DNA from: Ferrithrix thermotolerans DSM 19514
GTDB lineage: Bacteria > Actinomycetota > Acidimicrobiia > Acidimicrobiales > CAIXPF01
Reading direction: 5' to 3'
Assembly (NCBI GenBank): GCA_945906305.1
Contig: CAMDQT010000002.1
Coordinates: 130,177 to 194,176 of the forward strand
Length of the DNA stretch: 64,000 nucleotides
Shown here one piece after another: positions 58,987 to 64,000 of this stretch. The translations under genes and the position numbers were made by a program. The first letter of the stretch is position 1. Each line of letters begins with the position of its first letter. The notes below the pieces were generated by a model. It was not told where the DNA came from, searched no databases, and saw nothing but the letters and a program-made list of their open reading frames with translations.

Positions 58987-59976
58987 TCAGTCGGCGATGT
59001 CGAGCAGATGCTGCGCCGCCCGTTCGGGCGGAACCACGTTGATGCGTACCCCGGTGCCCTGCTCGAATCCGGCGGCGGTGGTGGTTTTGGGCAGGACGTG
59101 CACATGCCAGCAGAAATCGGGCTCGGCCCGGTGGGGCGCGGTGTGGAAGACCAAGTTGTAGGCGATGTCGCCGAGCAGCGCCCGTAAGCGGCGCAGTACG
59201 TCGCGCAACACCCGTCCGCAGGCGGCGAGGTCCGCGGGGGCCGCACGATCGAGATGGGCGACGGTTCGTCTCGGCACGACGAGCAGCTCGTAGGGCGATC
59301 CGCTCCAATACGGACAGAAGGCCACGACTCGTCCGTCGTCGATGACGACGCGTTCGCCGCGCTCAAGTTCCTCTCGCACCACCGCCTGGAACAGGTTCTC
59401 GTCGTAGTTGCTCGCGGCGAAGCGCGCACAGTGAGCCAACTCGTCGTCAAGTTCGCCCGGTACGAATGGGATACCGAGCAGCTGGCCGTGGGGATGCTCG
59501 ATGGATGCCCCGGCCTCGCGGCCGTGGTTGAGGATCACCTGGGTGTACTCCAGCCCTGGGTGGTGGGCGTGGTCCTCGATGCGATCTCGGATGGCGGCCA
59601 TGACCAATCCGGCCTGGGCGTCGGAGAGATCGGCCCAGCTGAGACGATGATGGGGGCTGAGTACGAGCACTTCGTGAATGCCGTTGGCGGGGGCGCTGCG
59701 GTGCAACGGACCATGATCGGTTGGAGCGAGCGACCCGGCACCGGCAAAGGCGGGGTACAGGTTGGGCACGACGCGTACTTGCCAGCCGCCCTTTGGCCCG
59801 TAGCTCTCCAACGCCGGTGGGGTGTCCTCTTCGTGCCCGGGGCAGAACGGGCAGGGTCGGTTTGGTTCGGCCTCGACCGGCAGGCGACGGGGAACGAAGT
59901 CCGATGGGCGCGACATGCGCTCACCGGCCACGGTCACCCAGCGGCCCGCCAGGGGGTTGAATCGCAGCTCGGTCAA
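58987..59976 (-). CDS. galT: galactose-1-phosphate uridylyltransferase (HIT superfamily)
   Basis: RFNPLAGRWV, Zn site CPFCPGHE and active site HPHGQL. Confidence 0.8.
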   Translation of the reverse strand: MTELRFNPLAGRWVTVAGERMSRPSDFVPRRLPVEAEPNRPCPFCPGHEEDTPPALESYGPKGGWQVRVVPNLYPAFAGAGSLAPTDHGPLHRSAPANGIHEVLVLSPHHRLSWADLSDAQAGLVMAAIRDRIEDHAHHPGLEYTQVILNHGREAGASIEHPHGQLLGIPFVPGELDDELAHCARFAASNYDENLFQAVVREELERGERVVIDDGRVVAFCPYWSGSPYELLVVPRRTVAHLDRAAPADLAACGRVLRDVLRRLRALLGDIAYNLVFHTAPHRAEPDFCWHVHVLPKTTTAAGFEQGTGVRINVVPPERAAQHLLDIAD

Positions 59977-60006
59977 AGCGACGCTCCGTTGCTCATCATC
60001 GGCACG

Positions 60007-60768
60007 CTACCGAACGGTTCCGGGAGGGAGTTGGTACACCGAAACGTGACCCACTGCGTCGGCGTCGAAGCGGCGGCCGGACCAGTCCGCCCAACGGACC
60101 GCTAACTCGAGGCCGGCGCCGGTGGCCATGGCGTCGAGCTGTTCGACGGTGCTGTAGCGCAGAAACCAGGGGCGAAGACGGATCCCGGCCTCGGTGATCT
60201 CGACGTGCTGGCCGGCCAGGGTCTGCTCGGAGGGGTCTTGGCGTGAGACCCGCAGGACGACACGGTTCGCAGCCAGGGTGTGCAGCTCGATGGCGTCGTG
60301 GCGGTTCGGCGGCGGATCACCGGGCACGACGCACTCCACCGCGAAGCGGCCACCCGGAGCTAGGTGCCGGGCGACGGCCTGAAAGCAGCCGGACTGGGCC
60401 TCGGCGGTGGCCAGGTTGAAGAGGCTGTTGAAGGCCACGAACACCAGCGCGAACGGTGGCGCGTCGGTGAGGGTGAAACGGGCCATGTCCCCCAGATGGG
60501 TGACGACGGTGCCGTTGCAACCGGCCGCTTTGGCATGGAGTCGGTCGAGCATGGCCTGGCTGCTGTCGAGCGCGTGGACCTCGCCGACTCGAGCCGCGAG
60601 GGGCAGCGCGACCCTGCCGGTACCGCAGGCCAATTCCAGGACCGGGCCTGACATGGCCAGACGCTCGGCACCATCGAGGGTGTCCGCAAGGCCGGGCAGG
60701 TCGCCGTACCAGCGGTCGTACACGTCGGCGAAGGCATCGCCGTAGCTGCTAGGGCCGAACCCGTCCAT
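60007..60768 (-). CDS. class I SAM-dependent methyltransferase
   Basis: YDRWY...VLELACGTGRVALPLA motif I; 253 aa. Confidence 0.75.
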   Translation of the reverse strand: MDGFGPSSYGDAFADVYDRWYGDLPGLADTLDGAERLAMSGPVLELACGTGRVALPLAARVGEVHALDSSQAMLDRLHAKAAGCNGTVVTHLGDMARFTLTDAPPFALVFVAFNSLFNLATAEAQSGCFQAVARHLAPGGRFAVECVVPGDPPPNRHDAIELHTLAANRVVLRVSRQDPSEQTLAGQHVEITEAGIRLRPWFLRYSTVEQLDAMATGAGLELAVRWADWSGRRFDADAVGHVSVYQLPPGTVR

Positions 60769-60821
60769 GAGCGCCTTACGCTAACCCGCGCCGTGCGCCG
60801 AAGGGTCCTTCTGCCCGACGA

Positions 60822-61493
60822 TCAGCCAGCGAGGGTCTTCAGTCCCTGGAGCAAGGTGCCGGTGACCAGGGCGTGCCAGCGCTCCGTGGGCACTGCCGCC
60901 ATGGCTGGCTCTCGTCCCAGTGCCAGCACGGCCCGAATTTGGGTCACGGCGAAGGTGATGCCAGCCACCGGGTCGATGGCGGGAAGGACCCCATTGTCGA
61001 CGAGTTCTGCGCACTGCCCGATGAGATACGCGACCGCCTCGGGGGTGTTGCGGTCGGGGTGGGTTAGGCGCTCGGCGACCTCGGTGGAGAACTGCTCGGA
61101 GAGCAAGAAGTCCGCCATGTGAGCGTTGGTCTGGGCCCAGTCGAAAAAGGCGCTGACCATCGCGTTCAGGCGGTGTTGCGGTGCGCTGGTATTGATTGCG
61201 GAAAGGTCTTCGGCGTAAAGCTTGCCCGCGATGTCGGCGAACAGGCGCTTCTGCAGCTGACTGACCAGGAACTCCCTGCTGTGGATCGCCGTGTAGACGG
61301 TAGGCAGCGAAACGTGCAGAGCGACGGCGAGCTTGCGCATTGACAGGCCGTCTGGGCCATGGGTCAGGACGAGTCCGTACGCCACGTCGATGACCTGTTC
61401 CCGGGTGACGAGCGGGGCCCGACGACGATGGATCGCTGGTTCGGTGCCGGTGTAGGGGAGTGTTGCGGACCCGATGAGCTCGATGTTCGTCAT
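60822..61493 (-). CDS. TetR family transcriptional regulator
   Basis: HTH block REQVIDVAYGLVLTHGPDGLSMRKLAVALHVSLPTVYTAIHSRE. The MTNIEL start (ATG 61491-61493) was chosen over the 324-aa ORF. Confidence 0.8.
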   Translation of the reverse strand: MTNIELIGSATLPYTGTEPAIHRRRAPLVTREQVIDVAYGLVLTHGPDGLSMRKLAVALHVSLPTVYTAIHSREFLVSQLQKRLFADIAGKLYAEDLSAINTSAPQHRLNAMVSAFFDWAQTNAHMADFLLSEQFSTEVAERLTHPDRNTPEAVAYLIGQCAELVDNGVLPAIDPVAGITFAVTQIRAVLALGREPAMAAVPTERWHALVTGTLLQGLKTLAG

Positions 61494-61511
61494 GGTTGTT
61501 CCTGTTCCTGA

Positions 61512-61551
61512 CTGCACTGCAGCACGTGCACCGAGGTGCCGCGCGCGGCAC
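61512..61551. promoter_or_regulatory. palindrome cluster upstream of the TetR gene (candidate operator)
   Basis: CTGCA-C-TGCAG (61512-61522), GCACGTGC (61522-61529) and a perfect 16-bp palindrome GTGCCGCGCGCGGCAC (61536-61551), located 19-58 nt upstream of the TetR start. Confidence 0.35.
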
Positions 61552-61723
61552 ATTTCGAGTCCGCTGTTCCGCCGGTCCGCATGCTCAAGTAGCAGTGACC
61601 GGGTGAGTATCGCCCGTTCACCCATCACTGGGAGCGGCTGTGAGTCTACTACCCGTGACAAGATCCAGCTAGGGGAAGTCGCCAGGATGGTCACACCACG
61701 GTGGGGCGGTAGCGTCGGTTGCC

Positions 61724-62893
61724 ATGAGTGCGTCCTCGATTGCGTATCTCGACCATGCGGCGACGAGCCCGGTCCGACCCCAGGCCCTGGACGCATTGCA
61801 GGCGTGGCTCGGCCAGCCGCGGGGCAACCCCTCCGGTACTCACCACCTCGCTCGTCAGGCCCGTCGCGCCCTCGACGATGCCCGCGACGTTTTGGCCGAA
61901 ACTCTGGGTTGCGGTCCGGGCGATCTGGTGTTCACCGCGGGCGGAACCGAAGCAGACAATCTTGCGCTGTTTGGGGTGGCCGACGCCTTGGCGGTTCAAG
62001 ACGGGGTGGCGCCGGTTCTGGCTTGCAGCGCGGTCGAACACCACGCGGTCCTCGACCCGGTTCTTCGCCTTGGCGGTACGATTCTCCCCGTCGACCGCTA
62101 CGGCCGGGTCGAGCCGGGCGCGCTGGACGAAACCCTTCCGAGGAATACCGCGTTGGTGTCGGTCATGGCGGCCAACAACGAGGTCGGTACCATCAACGAC
62201 CTCGCCGCCGTGGTGGCCGCGGTGGCGGCGCGTACCGACGGGCGGGCTTTGGTGCACACCGATGCCGTCGCCGCGTTTGCGTGGCTCGACCTACGCCAGC
62301 GCATTGCCGGTGTGGACCTGTTGACCCTCAGCGCCCACAAGTTCGGTGGCTGCCAGGGGGTGGGGTTGCTCATGGCCCGTCCTGGCGTGCCATTGCGGGC
62401 TCGCCTCCTTGGCGGGGGCCAGGAACGTGATCGGCGCAGCGGAACCCAGAATGTTGCCGGCATCGTGGCGATGGCCGCCGCGGCGGCGGTGACCGTGGCT
62501 GAACGCGACGCCACCGTCGAACGGGTCGGTGGTCTGCGCGACCGGTTCGTGGACGCTCTCGGGGACCGGCTTGACGCCGTCCACGAGACCGTCTCCGATC
62601 GGGGCCTGAAGGTGGCCAGCAACGCCCACGTGTGCTTCTCAGGTGTCCTGAGCGAGGAACTGTTGTTCCTGCTGGACCGGGCCGGTCTCTGCGCCTCGGC
62701 GGCATCGTCGTGCGCCAGCGGCGCGATAAACGTCTCCCATGTGCTCGCGGCCATGGGGGTTGACGCCGAACAGGGCCGCGGCGCGCTTCGCTTCACGCTC
62801 GGCTGGACAACCACACACGAGGACGTAGATCGGGCCACGGAGATCGTGGTGGATGCGGTGAGCCACCTGCGGGCGGCAAGGTCGGGGCGCTGA
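61724..62893 (+). CDS. cysteine desulfurase (NifS/IscS-like, class V aminotransferase)
   Basis: YLDHAATSP, FTAGGTEADN, SAHKFGG (PLP Lys) and RSGTQNV. Confidence 0.85.
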   Translation: MSASSIAYLDHAATSPVRPQALDALQAWLGQPRGNPSGTHHLARQARRALDDARDVLAETLGCGPGDLVFTAGGTEADNLALFGVADALAVQDGVAPVLACSAVEHHAVLDPVLRLGGTILPVDRYGRVEPGALDETLPRNTALVSVMAANNEVGTINDLAAVVAAVAARTDGRALVHTDAVAAFAWLDLRQRIAGVDLLTLSAHKFGGCQGVGLLMARPGVPLRARLLGGGQERDRRSGTQNVAGIVAMAAAAAVTVAERDATVERVGGLRDRFVDALGDRLDAVHETVSDRGLKVASNAHVCFSGVLSEELLFLLDRAGLCASAASSCASGAINVSHVLAAMGVDAEQGRGALRFTLGWTTTHEDVDRATEIVVDAVSHLRAARSGR

Positions 62894-62897
62894 ACGT

Positions 62898-63959
62898 ATG
62901 GGGCAAGCACGTATGCGGGTAATGGTGGCCATGTCCGGTGGTGTCGATTCCTCGGTGGCGGCCGCGTTGTGTGGCCAAGCCGGTCACGAGGTGGTCGGGG
63001 TGACCCTGAAGCTGTGGGGTGGAGCGAGCGACCGGGGATGTTGTTCGGTGGCCGACGTCGACGATGCCCGACGGGTGGCCGATCAACTCGGCATCGACCA
63101 TCACGTGTTCAACTACAGCGAGCAGTTCGACGAGTCGGTGGTTGCTCCCTACCTTCGAGCACACGAGGCCGGGCTGACTCCGAACCCTTGCATCGAATGC
63201 AACCGGGCCATCAAGTTCGATGCCCTGCATCAGCGGGCTCTGGCGCTCGGTTTTGATGCCGTAGCGACCGGTCACCACGCCCGTATAGTCGTGCGGCCCG
63301 ATGGCACCCGGCGGTTGCGTCGTGGCGCCGATTCCGCCAAGGACCAGTCCTACGTGCTGTACATGCTGGGCGAGCAGGTGTTGGCTTCGACGTTGTTTCC
63401 GGTGGGGGATCTCGACAAGAGCGAGGTCCGCCGCCTGGCCCGCAACTTTGGTCTGCGCACGGCGATCAAGCCTGACAGCCAGGATGTCTGTTTCATCGCC
63501 GGCGAGCGCAGCCGAGCCCGGGAGACGTTCCTGGGCGACCGCATTGGGTTACGGCCCGCTCGGGTGGTTGACGGCCAGGGCACTGAGGTGGGCCGGGTGC
63601 CGGCCATTGAACTGTTGACGATCGGACAGCGCAAGGGGCTGGGCCTCCCCGGGGGAACGGCGCCCCGCTACGTGGTGGATATCGACCACCGTGGCGGGGT
63701 GGTGACCGTTGGGGGAAAGTCGAGCCTGCTCACCGACACGGTGTTGCTGGAGAATTTCGCCCCTGCGTCGCGGTCGTGCCGCGGCGCAGTGCTGGCGCAG
63801 TGCTCTGCCCACGGCGAAGCGCGACCGGCAGTACTTGACGGTATGGTGCTGCGATGGGCGGAGCCGACCAGGCGGGTAGCCCCGGGACAGTCCGTCGTTC
63901 TGTATGACCCTCGCGCGCCCGACGAAGTGCTCGGGGGCGCCTTTGCCGCGGCCGGATAG
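62898..63959 (+). CDS. mnmA: tRNA 2-thiouridine(34) synthase
   Basis: VAMSGGVDSSVAA PP-loop, CCS and NPCIECN motifs. ATG at 62898; ATG at 62913 is an equally plausible start. Confidence 0.9.
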   Translation: MGQARMRVMVAMSGGVDSSVAAALCGQAGHEVVGVTLKLWGGASDRGCCSVADVDDARRVADQLGIDHHVFNYSEQFDESVVAPYLRAHEAGLTPNPCIECNRAIKFDALHQRALALGFDAVATGHHARIVVRPDGTRRLRRGADSAKDQSYVLYMLGEQVLASTLFPVGDLDKSEVRRLARNFGLRTAIKPDSQDVCFIAGERSRARETFLGDRIGLRPARVVDGQGTEVGRVPAIELLTIGQRKGLGLPGGTAPRYVVDIDHRGGVVTVGGKSSLLTDTVLLENFAPASRSCRGAVLAQCSAHGEARPAVLDGMVLRWAEPTRRVAPGQSVVLYDPRAPDEVLGGAFAAAG

Positions 63960-64000
63960 CACTGAGGCTCAAGGTTCGCCCTTGGGCACTTAACGCACCG

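Overview
This window is a gene-dense, clearly high-GC chromosomal core segment (G+C not computed). Its backbone is the classic Actinomycetota arrangement: argS-lysA-hom-thrC, then rho, prfA-prmC-wecA, then a complete F1Fo ATP synthase operon (atpZ/I-B-E-F-F'-H-A-G-D-C). Some details look more like a deep-branching, possibly Acidimicrobiia-like lineage than Mycobacterium or Streptomyces: two b-type stator genes, an ApgM-like gene in the thrB slot, and no rpmE or sua5 in their usual places. That taxon guess is inference only.

I call about 66 CDS and one tRNA-Arg(CCG). I found no rRNA, CRISPR array, transposase, integrase or phage genes.

Contents flanking the backbone:
- Two thiolase-like/DUF35 modules. 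One pairs with two family III CoA-transferase paralogues. The other pairs with a Baeyer-Villiger monooxygenase and a cytosolic seven-Asp-box propeller.
- A convergent two-operon nucleotide-sugar tailoring island: rfbF, an SDR epimerase/dehydratase and three paralogous C-methyltransferase-type genes, with trmB and ppk2 embedded.
- Housekeeping genes: glpX, murA, meaB, galT, a cysteine desulfurase with mnmA, a rhomboid protease, hydrolases and an MFS transporter.

I do not see a convincing defence, toxin or mobile system. The most interesting leads are modest:
- An unknown 339-aa ORF stop/start-coupled to prfA in the slot usually held by rpmE.
- An acidic tandem-repeat protein followed by an orphan J-domain protein coupled to an alpha/beta hydrolase.
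- An L,D-transpeptidase-like lipoprotein whose catalytic Cys codon reads Gly.
- The methyltransferase-rich sugar island.
- C-terminal tails on ATP synthase alpha and gamma.
- An ~840-bp non-coding gap upstream of the atp operon.

All functional calls rest on motif recognition by eye. No database search was run. Many start codons are my own choices among the in-frame alternatives.
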